Source: Octopus sinensis (Eukaryota). From it: a stretch of DNA of 64,000 nucleotides. Under the pieces are notes generated by a model. It was not told where the DNA came from, made no database searches, and saw nothing but the letters and a program-made list of their open reading frames with translations. Below are positions 13,453 to 26,238 of this stretch, piece after piece. The stretch is from NCBI RefSeq assembly GCF_006345805.1, contig NC_043000.1, positions 131,316,001-131,380,000 on the forward strand, read 5' to 3'. The first letter of the stretch is position 1. Every line of letters starts with the position of its first letter. The translations under genes were made by a program, and so were the position numbers.

Positions 13453-14664
13453 CCATTCAGTTAATTTCTGTACACTAACAGAAGGTGTCTGGGAAGAACA
13501 TTATTCGAAAGTCACAGAGATAGTTGGTTTTACTATGGTGCTGCTGCAGACAAACAACAGGAAGACAGACAGAATTGTCAATTCAGAAAATAAATTGAAC
13601 CTTTCTTTTTTTGTGTTTTGAAAAGACAAAGGAAATAATAAAAAAAAAGAGAAAAAAATCTTTCATAAAATGAATGTTACAAGTAGCACCAATTTATTCT
13701 AAATGGCACCACAGTTACTAAACGGTATCCACTGGAGTATGTGATTAACCATTCTAAAGAATACAGTCTGATATAGAATGTCTGTTATTGAAAAGGACAC
13801 ATTGTGTGTCTTGAATACTAATGAAGAATTAAAATTCTACATATGTACAACTGGATGAGCAAAAATTTGTTTTTTTATGAAAATATGAATATTTTATGCT
13901 TGTTTGTTTTGGAAATATATAGAAGCTCAAGCATTTAAGATTAAATTATTTGATTTTTATCGTTTTTATTTTTTGCCTTTTGCTATATATGTTGATTTTT
14001 TTGTTGGTATTTTTTGTTTGCAGAAAAGCAAAATATATATAAGAAGTAAATTTGTACTTTATTATTATTATTATTATAACATACATTATGGTTTATTTTC
14101 TATTTTAACTGAAGTGATACATCAGGTTAATTTAAGTTTCAATAAAATAAAGTTTTGTTTTAAAATTTTTTATTTAATTTTTTAAATCTTTTTCTTCTTT
14201 TTTTGTGTGTGTATTTTTTTAAAATATATAATAAGCAAAATTTCGTTTGTTTCATTAAACTAACAGATAAACCCAGTCTAATAAACAGTGTGCGAGACTG
14301 CAGTTAAATAGGTCAGCTAATATGGTGATTAAGATATACGTGAGAAGAAAATGATCTAAGTAAGACACAAAATATGCCAAAAATAAATAATAATGGCAAG
14401 AGCCAAAAATGTATTGATTCTGTTTAGAAATGCAATATTCAATTAAGTCTTTCTCCCTCTACTGTTCAATATTCTTGTCTACACCATTTCCCATGCATAT
14501 TGCTCTTATTTCTAACACCGGACAAAACAATGTAGAACAACCCATCAAGAAGGTAGTTCTTTACTGAATTTATGACAATTTTGAAGAGTAAATAATCTTG
14601 GCTTTTTGTTTGTCACGCAAAAAGTTAGCTATTTTGGAAAAGGTAAACTACTCACTCTCAGTTT

Positions 14665-14696
<32 letters not shown>

Positions 14697-14952
14697 CTGA
14701 GAAAGATTGATATTATATATATATAGACAATTGTCTAAAAATCCATAAGTCAGAAAAAATAGGCACTCTATTTGTGGGTATATTAATCAAGACATATAGA
14801 ATTATAATGGCCAATCTTACAAATTAGTTTCACATAGAAATATCTTAGATAATCATCTGTCTGATTATCTAATATCCTGTGTGAAACTGATCGCTAAAAT
14901 TGGATCTAATAGGTCTATAACACTGTATAATTTGATTAATATACATACATAC

Positions 14953-15007
<55 letters not shown>

Positions 15008-15907
15008 TCTTGTGTTGATGTATTTCAAGCAAGAATGGAGCAAAAAAGCACCTGGCATCTACCAAACAACAACTGCATCAAAGAATCACAGAATCTCAGG
15101 AACATTTCTACAAATTCGTACTACTCGGTGCAGTGTTCCAACATAGATAAAACGTGTGGAGGAAGAATAACAATGGAGATCTTAGTGTAAAACAAATATG
15201 CAGTAAACCTTTGAATAACCAAAGTAAACTTCTTTAAAAAGAACTAAAACCCACCCTGAGCCAATGGTGCCAGCTAGACTGAGTGGACTGAAGTGATGTG
15301 AAATGAAGTGTTTGTGCTACCTAGTCTGGGAATCAAACCTGTGATCTAGCAATCATAAGTGTAACACTTTAACTACTAAGCCATGTGCCTTCAAATACAC
15401 ACACACATAACTTTCAAAAGATATGTATTATTATTATTATAGTTTGAGCAGTGTTGTAGTGCCCCTGAGCAATATATATAATAATTTCATTATTATTATG
15501 ATTGGAAGCACATGCATTGTTTCTACAAATGGTAACAAGTGTCTAGCTATCCTTTATTGTCATGATTAACAAGAACAAACATCATGTCTGATGAGGGATT
15601 GTTAAATTTAAAAGAACTCACAACACACTTCTAAAATAATTAAGTGTCTAGCAACAAGGCCTGATCAACAGTTAATTTTAAAAATTTAAGTTAATTATCT
15701 TTTTGCTTCTCCATGTAGTTAGTTAAATGCCTGCCTTTCTCAGTCTTGTCATCTGTTAATATGGTCAAACATTAAAATCTAAACCAGCAACAAAACTCAT
15801 ACCGTTTGGTATACTGAAATACTGTTATGATATCTCATTGTTCTGTTGCACTGGTATAAACTGCATTTAAATGCAAAAAAATCCCATACCCACAATACAT
15901 ACATATC

Positions 15908-15951
<44 letters not shown>

Positions 15952-16057
15952 CTCTCTATATATAGGGGGAGAATTCACAAAAAAAAACAAAAGACAAAGA
16001 CAGGTGGTGTAGACAACAAACAGATGTAATAGTTTAACACTGAGGAAGTGAAAAAGT

Positions 16058-16093
16058 CTTTAACGTTTCGAGCCTATGCTCTTCCACAGAAAG
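16058..16093 (-). ncRNA. Minimal hammerhead-like motif with variant core (CUGUGGA), inside a Penelope-like end fragment (about 15965-16135)
   Basis: CUUU CUGUGGA A GAGC-AUAG-GCUC GAAAC GUU AAAG: stem I CUUU/AAAG, stem II GAGC/GCUC, palindromic AACGUU; A6 replaced by U. Confidence 0.55.
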
Positions 16094-16782
16094 GAACACA
16101 GAAAGAAACAGGGAGAGAAAATAAAGAACATGTATTGGCTAGCGATCTATCATGATATATATATATATATATACATACACACATACATACATATATATGT
16201 ATGTATATATCATGTGATCAACCAGATTAGCAAATGTTGTTATACATCACCAGTCACAATGCGCTTTTGCATCATTTTAGCTTTCAGATGATGCCACCCG
16301 ACTGGCTAGGTAAGCAGACCAACATTCCTCCTGATTGGAGGGCTTATCCATCACAGGGTCACCCATTTACAGCTGAGTGAACTGGAGCAATGTGAAATGA
16401 AGTGTTTTGTGCTACCTAGTTTGGAAATCGAACCCACAATCTAGCAATTATGTGGGCAATACCCTAACCACTTCACATACACATACACACACATATAAAT
16501 TTTCCAGAGATATGAAACATAGTTTTAGCAGTGGAATTTGAAGTAAATAGCGTGTGGAATATTGGATTTAAATTAAAATGTCAAAGGTTGCCATTACATA
16601 CTTCTGACACAAAAATGTGTTGAGGACTTGTTTTTGCACTACAAAATAACTGAAAATAGTACATCATCATCCTCATTAGTTAATGTCCATTTTCCATGCT
16701 GGCATGAGTTGGACAATTTGGAAAGTCACAGGGCTGTTCTGAGCTCCAGTTTCAGCTTTGGCATGGTTTTTACAATTTAGAA

Positions 16783-17079
16783 CAGTGGTTGTTGACGATT
16801 TTTTACCTATGGACCCCTTTGATTATTAGTTTACTCTGGTAGCCCCACCCACCTCCCATAGCCATTTCCTTTTTAAAACCTAGTTTTCTAGATACTTCTT
16901 TCAAAATTCTAATTTTGCTTTTCACACATCAACCTGTGTAGGTTGAACTATGTTAAACACTGGCGAAAGAAACCCAGCTGTTTCTTGAGATACTTGATAT
17001 ACAACTTGTGGATCCCCAATTTACTATTTTGCTTGTGTAGACTCCCAGTGTCCATATGAGCTCCAGTTGAGAAGCACTG
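16783..17079. mobile_element. hAT (Charlie-like) MITE, different family from 4431-4726
   Basis: CAGTGGTT start and AAGCACTG end; TSD ATTTAGAA / ATTTAGAG (7 of 8). Confidence 0.82.
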
Positions 17080-17850
17080 ATTTAGAGTATATCTGAAAAG
17101 AAATCTGTCCAACATCAACATCTGCCATCAATCTATCATCTCCTCTACTAATATTATCATAACAGGTTCTGATTCTTCTTCTCACTGGCTCTTTATCTTA
17201 ACCAAGCTTTATCTGATCCTGCATGTACTTTGAAATTATTTATCACTTGTGTTTCCAGCCTGGCCAACCTCACCTATTTATTCTAGTTCACTTGTTTAGG
17301 CAGGTGTTTTTTTTAAAAAATGTTATAGATACTTTTTCTCTCCTTCAAGCCAGTAAATATTAAAAATAACCACTACCAGCCTTGCCAAGTCTTCTCTTAG
17401 CTGTTACATCAAATAATCAGCAAATGATCTATCCACTGTGTAAGACTGTAAATACAGTATACCTACCTACTTGCATTGCCAACAAACTGATAACCAAATG
17501 TCAAAATAGTCACCACAGCTAGCTTTACTATCACAAATCTTTGAATGTCTGTGTTGTCAAATTTGTACAAAAGAGCTACATTTTTACTATTTCCACTGAT
17601 TTATCTCTATGACAATGAGAAAGAGCAAAAAGATTGAAATAATATGTGATCCTTAAGTAAAATTCATAAAACTTCTCTCTAATTAAGTGCTAATGTATTT
17701 AATATAGTGAAAATATAAAAATATGATTGGAAATAATTATTTGGAGAGGAAAAGACAGATGTTAGCTTAATGACTAAAATCATTTTAATTATTCCAGCAA
17801 GTATGAAAGTCCATAAGGCTAATATGTAAACCCAATTTTTGTAGCATTAA

Positions 17851-18060
17851 CCCTTTCGTTACTGTATTTATTTTGAGATGCTCTGTGTTTCTTTCAATTA
17901 TTTTAAATATAACAAAGAATTTAGTAAAATAACTTAGTTATCATTAAGCTAGTGTTAGGAAATATAAACTGTGACTAAGGCTTAATGAAATATTTTAATT
18001 CAAAACTTATGAAAACAAGACATTTTATCACAGAGCCAGAGCCGGTTAGTAAGAAATGGG
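17851..18060. mobile_element. piggyBac-type MITE family B
   Basis: TTAA|CCCTTTCG ... GGG|TTAA (TTAA at 17847-17850 and 18061-18064). Confidence 0.85.
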
Positions 18061-18988
18061 TTAAGCAGATAGAAAATAAATACCCCATAAGATTAGATGT
18101 AAAGCTTTTTACACATAACTTCTTCACAAACCTGGCACTTATTCTTCTGTACATTTCTCAGAAAAAGGATCAAAGGTCTCACCAAATATATTTTAGAATT
18201 TTCTAGAATCAGGCACACTAATTAATACACTGTACACAAATAGTTATTTCCCCCCAACAACCCCATGTTCCATACAATTGTATGGATTTATTATTATATA
18301 CATACATTTAATACATTCTGGCAGAATCATTAAAGCATCGGATAAAATGCCTTGTAGTAATTTTTACTGATTCATTACATTATGAATTCTGCTGGCTCAA
18401 CTTTGCTTTTCATCCATCATTCATCCAAGGTCAATGAAGTACTAGTCATCTACTGGAGTCAATTTAATTGACTTGACCCTTCCCTTCAAATCTGCTGGAC
18501 TTGCATCAAAATTAGAAAGGGTTATTATGTACATACAGTATATCATCACCAGCACCAGGGAACAAAAAAGTACTCAGTAATCAAAAAAACAGTATTTGTA
18601 ATATCTGGGATAAATTAGATAGATTGTAGTTAACCTATAACAAGAGTTGTGTAACCATTTAATATCACACCCACAGGATCTGCATACATACTATATATAC
18701 ATACATACATATATATCATGTGATTGTCCAGACAATCAAATGTTGTTAGACATTACTGGTCACAATGTGCTTTGCATCATTTTAACTTTCACGCTGCTGA
18801 TTAGGGGAGCAAGACACCATTCCCCCTGATTGGAAGGCTGTTCTGTCACAGGGTTACCTATTAACAGCTGAGTGGACTGGAGCAAAGTGAAATGAAGTGT
18901 TTTGCTCATGCTGCCTAGTCTGAGAATCGGACCCAGGATCTAGGTATTGTGAGTGCAACACCCTAACCATTAGGTCACACACCTTCAC

Positions 18989-19021
<33 letters not shown>

Positions 19022-19069
19022 TTACTTGTTTTTTCATATATATCAACTCGTGTGTTCCTTTTCACCCTT

Positions 19070-19131
<62 letters not shown>

Positions 19132-19264
19132 CTAATGGTGTCAATAAGACCCAAAGGTGTCAGGTAATGCTGAGTAAGTGCTATGGATAGACTATCGTGA
19201 AGCTCCAGGTTCGCTGATTATGTGAATGAGGAGTCCAACATCAGTCATATATCAGCATGTGTAT

Positions 19265-19823
19265 ATATAAAAAAAAATTAACTGAATGAGATAAAGATCC
19301 AAGGCTGTGGAAGATTTTAGAACATTTTATAAATAGGTCTTACAGCTGTTTCCAGGATATTTTATATATTCCTTCATTGGAGACGGTGCAAGAAAATGGT
19401 TAAGCAATAGTTACTCTAGATAAGATATGAAATAGACATGAGATATGCAGGGATATTGTATCTGTAGTTCCATTATTTAGGCAGAATGGTATACATATAA
19501 GATTCCTATACCTTGTAAGTTCCAATTTTAAATACTATTGGAACTTTCTCAGAAGGTATAGGAATCTTATATGTATACCATTCTGCCTAAATAATGGAAC
19601 TACAGATACAATATCCCTGCATATCTCACGTCCATTTTCATTCCTCCACTTCACTCTATTTCATATCTTTTCTAGAATAGCTATTGCTTAACCATTTTCT
19701 CACATCGTCTCTGATGAAGGGATATATAAAATATCCCGGAAACAGCTGTAAGACCTATTTATAAATGTTCTGCAATCTTTCACAGCCTTGGATTTTTATC
19801 TCATTCTGTTAATTTTTTTTATA
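19265..19823. repeat. About 560-bp fold-back (inverted repeat) of a Penelope-like end sequence
   Basis: Arms reverse-complementary throughout; 75-bp perfect inner arms at 19440-19514 and 19553-19627; 12-nt loop. Confidence 0.93.
19707..19754 (+). ncRNA. Minimal type I hammerhead ribozyme motif
   Basis: GUCU CUGAUGA A GGGAUAU-AUAAA-AUAUCCC G GAAAC AGCU GUA^AGAC: 4-bp stem I, 7-bp stem II, palindromic ACAGCUGU stem III, predicted cut after A19750. Confidence 0.8.
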
Positions 19824-19829
19824 AATCGA

Positions 19830-20237
19830 TCAACATCAATGGAAATTGTAGCTGTGATACCAGTGCCGGTGGCACATAGAGAACCATCCGAACGTGGCTG
19901 TTGACAGCGCCGCCCCGCCTGGCCTCCGTGCCAGTGGCATGTAAAAAGCGCCATCCGATTGTGGCCGTTGCCAGACTTGTCTGGCCTCCGTGCCAGTGGC
20001 ACGTTAAAAGCACCAACCGATCGTGGCCATTTGCCAGCCTCGTCTGGCACCTGTGCCGGTGGCTTGTAAAAAACACCCACTACACTCACTGAGTGGTTGG
20101 CGTTAGGAAGGGCATCCATCTGTAGAAACACTGCCAGATCAGACTGGGCCTGGTGCAGCCTTCTGGCTTCCCAGACCCCAGTTGAACCGTCCAACCCATG
20201 CTAGCATGGAAAGCGGACGTTAAACGATGATGATGAT
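19830..20237 (+). mobile_element. SINE-like family 4 (internal 55-63 bp tandem units, (GAT)n tail); copies at about 8420-8625, 22670-22825, 37681-38510 (-), 39228-39490, 48163-48505 (-), 55465-55725 and 62040-62275
   Basis: Shared 3' block GGTTGGCGTTAGGAAGGGCATCCAGCTGTAGAAA...CATGGAAAGCGGACGTTAAACGATGATG. Confidence 0.85.
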
Positions 20238-20504
20238 ATATACGTTATTCGTATATTAAGGCTTCCATTGATTTCATGTTGAGAATTTCTTTTACATGAA
20301 ACCAATGGTAGCCTTAATACACAAATAATCTTTATCCAGCAATGCAGTGTTGAGCACTCCTCATTGCTTGATATTTACATATATATATATATTTGATATT
20401 ATACTACAATTTAGCTAGGTACAAAATAAAGCTTTCCTTCAGACAATTGAATATTTACTGAAGCTGTAGTATTCATGCCTCTTTTAAGAACATAAACATA
20501 GTAA

Positions 20505-20870
20505 GAACAAGGGCACTCAGCACAAAACTCTGCCAAGATCTTCAAAACTCTACTAATCTCAACGATTAGTCAGAGATGATTTTTAAAATAAGAATATCTA
20601 AAATAAACTCAACTGCTCTCACAAATGAGAATACTAAAAATGAACCTGACGGCTCTCAAAAATTAAGAAAAATTACAGGAAAAATAATCCAGAATCCTTG
20701 TCCAGTACCGGATCAATCCCCAAATCTTAATAAGTTCATGCTAGTCACGAGGCCAAACATCCCTGAAAGTTTCATCCAAATCCATCCAGCGGTTCTTGAG
20801 ATATCTTGTCCACGGACAAACAAACATGACTGAAAACAATACCTCTGCCTTCGTTAAGGTGGAGTTAATA
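20505..20870 (+). mobile_element. Non-autonomous Helentron-associated (HINE/DINE-1-like) element
   Basis: AACAAGGGCACTCAG start, internal TTTCATCCAAATCCATCCAGCGGTTCTTGAGATATC, GACAAACAAAC, and 3' hairpin CTCTGCCTT-CGTT-AAGGTGGAG. Class assigned from recalled architecture. Confidence 0.6.
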
Positions 20871-22840
20871 ATGAAATAGCTTGCCAAGAATCAAAATTGG
20901 AATCTGAAGGTTAGCAAGGATTTATTTTTATTCTAAAGTGCATAACACCTTCCATCCCATTTACAATAAGTTTTGAATATATGACAAACTATAAAATAAA
21001 ATTTATATCTTTAAATATGAAATCCTACTTCCTAAATGGGTCGTTGCTGTTATTTCACCCCAGGTCAGTTGTGACCATCACATTTTTCTTCTATATTAGG
21101 GACTATATTATCAAATGTAACCTTTTTTGTATTTAAAACTGTAAAGTGTAATTTGAGGGGAAATTGGATATTTTTTCTAACGGGGTGAGTGACCACAAAG
21201 GGACATCTTCACTGGCTCATTACCATCTAGGTTAATTATAGCTGTTTAACCCTGATTGAAGACATCTCTGACCAAAGGTTTTTCATGATCATCAGGAATA
21301 ATGCATCTCAGACTATATCAATCAATGGCCGTGTAGTTAAGAACTTCACTTTGCAACCATGTAGTTCCAGGTTCGGTCTCTCTGTATGGCAGCTAGGGTA
21401 AGTGTCTTCTGTTGCAGGTCCCCAGATTGACCAATATAGATGAAAAGTGTTAAAGCCTAGTGTTTGTGTGAATGTGAATATATATATTCTGCACTTTGTA
21501 TGAATAAATTATTGATAATGATGCTTGACATTTATCTGTCAACAAAGCATTTTGTTTTAACGAAGTTAAATGATAACTGCCTTACTTAAAAAAAAAAATA
21601 CAAAAATAGGCAAGAATTAGCAATATGAAGAACATCCAGTTGGGGAAACAATGTCTCAGTAGTATGTATTCTACAACATACAGACAAATGAACAGTACAC
21701 CATGCTTTGAGAAAGATTAGGCTGCTATTTCTTGCATATCAAGCAAATATTTAGTAGTTACCCCATTGTCTTTGTTACTATGTATGCTGTTACTGACATA
21801 AGCAGCCAGTTTGCTTGCTCCACTGTTATAGTACCAGGACTTCCATTTGAATGTCCTTCAATTAATGCTTTAATCAACATATTGCTTTATGTCTGGGGCA
21901 CTGTTTGCTTCAGTATCAAGATGTTTCTTTGATTTGGTATGCCATGTCATTGAAAAAGAATAATGATAATAATAATTTTGTCTTGGTATAAAAGATGGGC
22001 TACAGCAAATATTCTGCTCAATACCACAGATTTGCTTGCTTGACCATAACCAGTTGAGCATGTCACTTAGTGGCTGACAATATGTGCATCTCTGATCACG
22101 AGCAGAAGTAGTGAGGGAGCATCATAGCCATGTGTTGAGAGGGATTCTTTGGGGTTTGAATAATTCACCTCTGGAAACATGGGTGTTTCGTTCAACATCC
22201 TTAAACAACCCTTGTTCAGGGACCTTTTGAGAGGGATGGGTTACTCAACCAGAAGAAAATTCTAACTGGGCCCCACCTGCAAGGTCATGTGCTGTTTATC
22301 TTGATATGAGATCACCATGTTGCGCACATATGGTTGTGATGCATGCGCCTGGTGTACCCTTATCAGATGGGTAGTCATGATGGGTATGCTGGGCTTCGTA
22401 TATTTTACCCTAGTGTCACTTTGATGGCATGCACTGCTCTCTCACTCAATAATAATAATAATAACATCTATACAAAGGTTAAAGAAAAACTTGAGAAGGT
22501 TGAAAATGATCATGATACCTAATACTATTTCGTTTCACTATATTTTAATCACCTCCATCTCCCAATATCTAATTTTCAAAGTTATTGGTGTTTATTCCTA
22601 GGTTAACTCTCACAGAGCAGACCTATGATTAACAAGTCTTTCCATGTTGTATAGTTTATTTTAGCATTGGTGCCATGTAAAATGTACCCAGTACACTCTG
22701 TAAGGTGGTTGGCATTAAGAAGGGCATCCAGTTGTAGAAACCATGCCAAAACAGACTATGGAACCTGTGGCTCCTGGCCTTGCCATCTCTTGTCAAACCA
22801 TCCAGCATGGAAAACAGATGTTAAATGAAAAGAAGAGTAT

Positions 22841-23216
22841 ACTCTCTTTACTTGTTTCAGTCATTTGACTGCGGCCATGCTGGAGCACCGCCTTTTAGTC
22901 GAGTGAATCAACCTGACTTATTCTTTGTAAGCCTAGTACTTATTCTATTGGTCTCTTTTGCTGAACCGCTAAGTTACAGGGACGTAAACACACCAGCATC
23001 GGTTGTCAAGCGATGTTGTGGGGAGAAACACATATATATATACATATACACGACAGGCTTCTTTCAGTTTCTGTCTACCAAATCCACTCACAAGGCTTTG
23101 GTCGGCCCGAGGCTATAGTAGAAGACACTTGCCCAAGGTGCCACATAGTGGGACTGAACCCGGAACCATGTGGTTGGTAAGCAAGCTACTTACCACACAG
23201 CCACTCCTGCGCCTAT
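22841..23216 (-). mobile_element. tRNA-headed SINE (family 1), near-intact; copies at about 3240-3445, 6945-7110, 9215-9600, 10025-10350, 26588-26760, 29500-29815, 46960-47165, 49075-49457, 49474-49883 and 60735-61450
   Basis: A-box TGGCTGTGTGG (23203-23193), B-box GGTTCAGTCCC (23160-23150), internal CA/TA microsatellite, shared body in all copies. Confidence 0.9.
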
Positions 23217-23926
23217 GTTTAGGACTACACTGTTTAATGTGTCCAGTAAAATGGTGTTTTGAGGGAAACTTGACTGCTATTTCTAGCAAACTCAATGACT
23301 GCAGAGTCTTGCCTCATTTCAAATTTTATACAACACTTGAAGCACCATAAAACTGCTGAAGAGTCCAGGATTAATTACTAATTCCATATATTTTGGGTGA
23401 ACCACCCTTCTGCAGAGAAAAAAGTAGTTAACAAATTAAGTCTGTATATGGCAATCTCTGATTTGATAATGCTTTAACTGCTTAATGCTTGAAATATTTC
23501 TTTGTTTTCTTATACTTCAAACCAACTACAAACACTTTTCTTTCAAAATGTATATTGTCTGGTGCATTGCTTTTCAATAAAACAATTTTTTGTTTCAATT
23601 AACTTTGAAAATAACCAAAGAGTTGAAGGAATTTAATAGCACAGTTTTTGTTTTCTTAAGCTGGTTTTTGTTATATAACCTAACAAAAATCTTCTGTAGT
23701 GAACTAATCAATTAAGGTTTTTAAATGATGGGCTTTGTATTATAGAAGCAGAGGAAAGTTCAGGTGGACTGAGTAAAGTATTATCAAGTTGAATTTTCTG
23801 AGTCAACAAGAAAGTCAATAATAAACACAAGGTCATCTTATACCAAATGGACTGTTATACTAGATCTAAAGAATTTATGTTACTGTATATTTCAAAAATG
23901 TCTGCAAAATATATTTGTTATATATT

Positions 23927-24999
23927 TCAGGGTACAGTACTCGGCCCAATCCTGTTTCTCATCCTCATCTCTGACATAGATGAAGATACAACCAGCAACG
24001 TCTCATCCTTTGCTGATGACACCAGGGTCATGAGACAAATCAAAGACGAGGTGGATACAGAGGCCTTACAAAAGGACCTGACCACCATATATAAATGGCA
24101 GGAAACAAACAACATGTTGTTCAATGATAAGAAGTTTGAACTAATTCGCTACGGAACAGATCAAGATCTGAAAAATACAACAAACTACAGAAACCCATCA
24201 GGACAACAAATAATGGAAAAACAGTATGTGAAAGATTTAGGCATCCACATGGGAACCAACCTAAAATTCAGAGAACACCTTGACTCAGTCTGTCTTACTG
24301 CAAGAAAGTACAGCGGGTGGATCTTGCGCACCTTCAAATCAAGAGATACCTCAACAATGAAAACCCTCTGGAACAGTATGATACTTCCGAGGATTGACTA
24401 CTGTTCTCAGTTGTGGTCACCAACAACAAAGGGCCAACTATCTAAGATAGAATCGCTCCAAAGAAATTTTACCTCATACTTCTCAGAAACGAGGGACCTG
24501 GACTATTGGCAAAGACTCAAAACCTTGAGGATGTACTCAATAGAAAGAAGATTTGAGCGATACCGAATTATATACATTTGGAAAATGATAGAGCAGAAGG
24601 TGCCAAACTTTGGTATCAAAACCTACCACTCACTGCGCCACGGAAGACGCTGCCAGCTGCCACCAATCAACAAAAAGGCTGGCCAGGCAGCAAAAACCCT
24701 GCGAGAATCAAGTCTGTTGGTTCGAGGAGCACAACTGTTCAACTCCATTCCGGTACATGTCAGAAATCTATCAGGATGCAGTGTGGAATCATTCAAATTG
24801 CAACTGGATAGATACTTAAGCACCATTAGAGATGAACCCCATCTCCCAGGATATACACAACGAGCACAAACTGACTCAAACTCGCTCCTACACATGTCAA
24901 ATTTAAGCAGAGAATACAACCTGGCAACCACACCAGACTCTGAGGGTGGAGTCTTCGACTTGGCCTGAGCATGGACTCAAACCCAAATGAAATGAAATG
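23927..24999 (+). mobile_element. 5'-truncated CR1/L2-superfamily LINE, RT C-terminal half with an open ORF
   Basis: Starts at (P)QGTVLGPILF; FADDT, KDLGIHM, IDYCSQLWSP, LKTLRMYSIERR; no stop until 24968; short 3' UTR and (AAATG)n tail. Confidence 0.93.
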
Positions 25000-25399
25000 T
25001 TACATGAACACTTCAAGTCATTTTATTGTCTAAAAACTACTTAAGTAACTGTCTTCAGTTATTTCATGAAAATCTTGTAGTATGTTATACTCTTCTAAAA
25101 TGAAATTCAAAATGGAGGATATCTGTTTAAAATACTTTTCATTTGTAGAACAAAAACAAAGAAATGTGTATGCAAAAATATGGTCCTATCAAGCTATGTA
25201 ACATTTCTACTTGAAGCCACTCTTTCATATATAGAGCTAACACAGATCCAAGATTTAAAAGCTCAATAGTTAAACACCTTACCAGAAAGTCAGACTTCAC
25301 AAAACGAATTCATAATGAATATAACAATGTTTAGTGTAATGACTATAAAATAACAAGAATTTCTTTATGGTGTACTCAATGTAGATTGTAAGTGTATAA

Positions 25400-25990
25400 G
25401 AGATGCAGTGGAATCAGAAAGCAAGTTGAAGGTTAAAAAAAAAGCCTTTGTATGTTGTAGAAGCAGAGGAATAATTAGCAGTAAAAATATAAGAGTACAA
25501 GAACACCATAGGAAAAGATTCTCTCCAATGTTTGCAAGTAGTTGAAAGATTCTGTTATCAGTAGAGATGGATGCTCTGAAAGCATAAGAGTAGAAAATGT
25601 TTGAAAAGCTATTCGCTCTGCTGGAAATAAAAGTATTCTCTGTTTGAACAAAGGAAAGTAGATTGTATAATACTTATGTAAGAACTGCAGTGGATTGAAT
25701 TGCAAAGGTTATAAAGAACTGAAGCAAGCCTATTCCACTGGTGTGCAATATCTGTGTTAGATTGCACTGGCATGGATATGTAATGCATATATACGGCAGT
25801 TGGGTAAAGAAATGCTAGGAAAGCCAAATTTAAGGAAGATGTGATTGAGGAAGCCTGATGAAAGACCAATGTAGAAGTGGTAAAAGTTTACTTCAGGAAG
25901 CTGAATGTCAGAAAAGAGATGACAAAAGAATGCAAAGTGTAGTGAGACTCATCCAGTAAATGCAAGATGAGAAAAATGGCAATGAAAAGT
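25400..25990 (+). mobile_element. Heavily decayed RTE-clade LINE, ORF 3' end
   Basis: Fragments VVERFCY...DGCSESI and RLHWHGYVMH...WVKKC match the RTE RT C-terminus (FCYLG...GCSE; RLRWYGHVMR...VKKC); many stops. Confidence 0.65.
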
Positions 25991-26198
25991 ATGATCATCC
26001 ATACACACATATATATATATATGTATGAATTATTTTATTTTGGCCAAGCCAGTCTTTTCTTATTCTGAGTTTCACCGGTAGATGTACAAGATCATCAGGC
26101 AAGTTGTCTCAGAGTAGCAAGAGACTGACTCAACCAAAATAAAATATTCATCTCTGCTATGGTATTGAGCAGCCCCTTTTTGGGACAGTCCACACAAG

Positions 26199-26237
<39 letters not shown>

Positions 26238-26238
26238 T

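Noticed and set aside
12975-13621. Five long ORFs (up to 212 aa) rich in Y, I, H, T, C, V
   Set aside because: Translations of a TA/CA microsatellite; the same applies to ORFs at 60027-60347 and 62455-62998.
15030-15190. Stretch open in all three + frames after a TTTCAAG
   Set aside because: Short, no homology recognised, no convincing donor.
23847-23926. N-terminal 27 aa of the 373-aa ORF, making it look like a stand-alone RT gene
   Set aside because: AT-rich flank that is open by chance; LINE homology starts at QGTVLGP.
26030-26100. Minus-strand CTGATGA...GAAAC as another hammerhead
   Set aside because: Stem II does not pair and there is no GUH or stem I.
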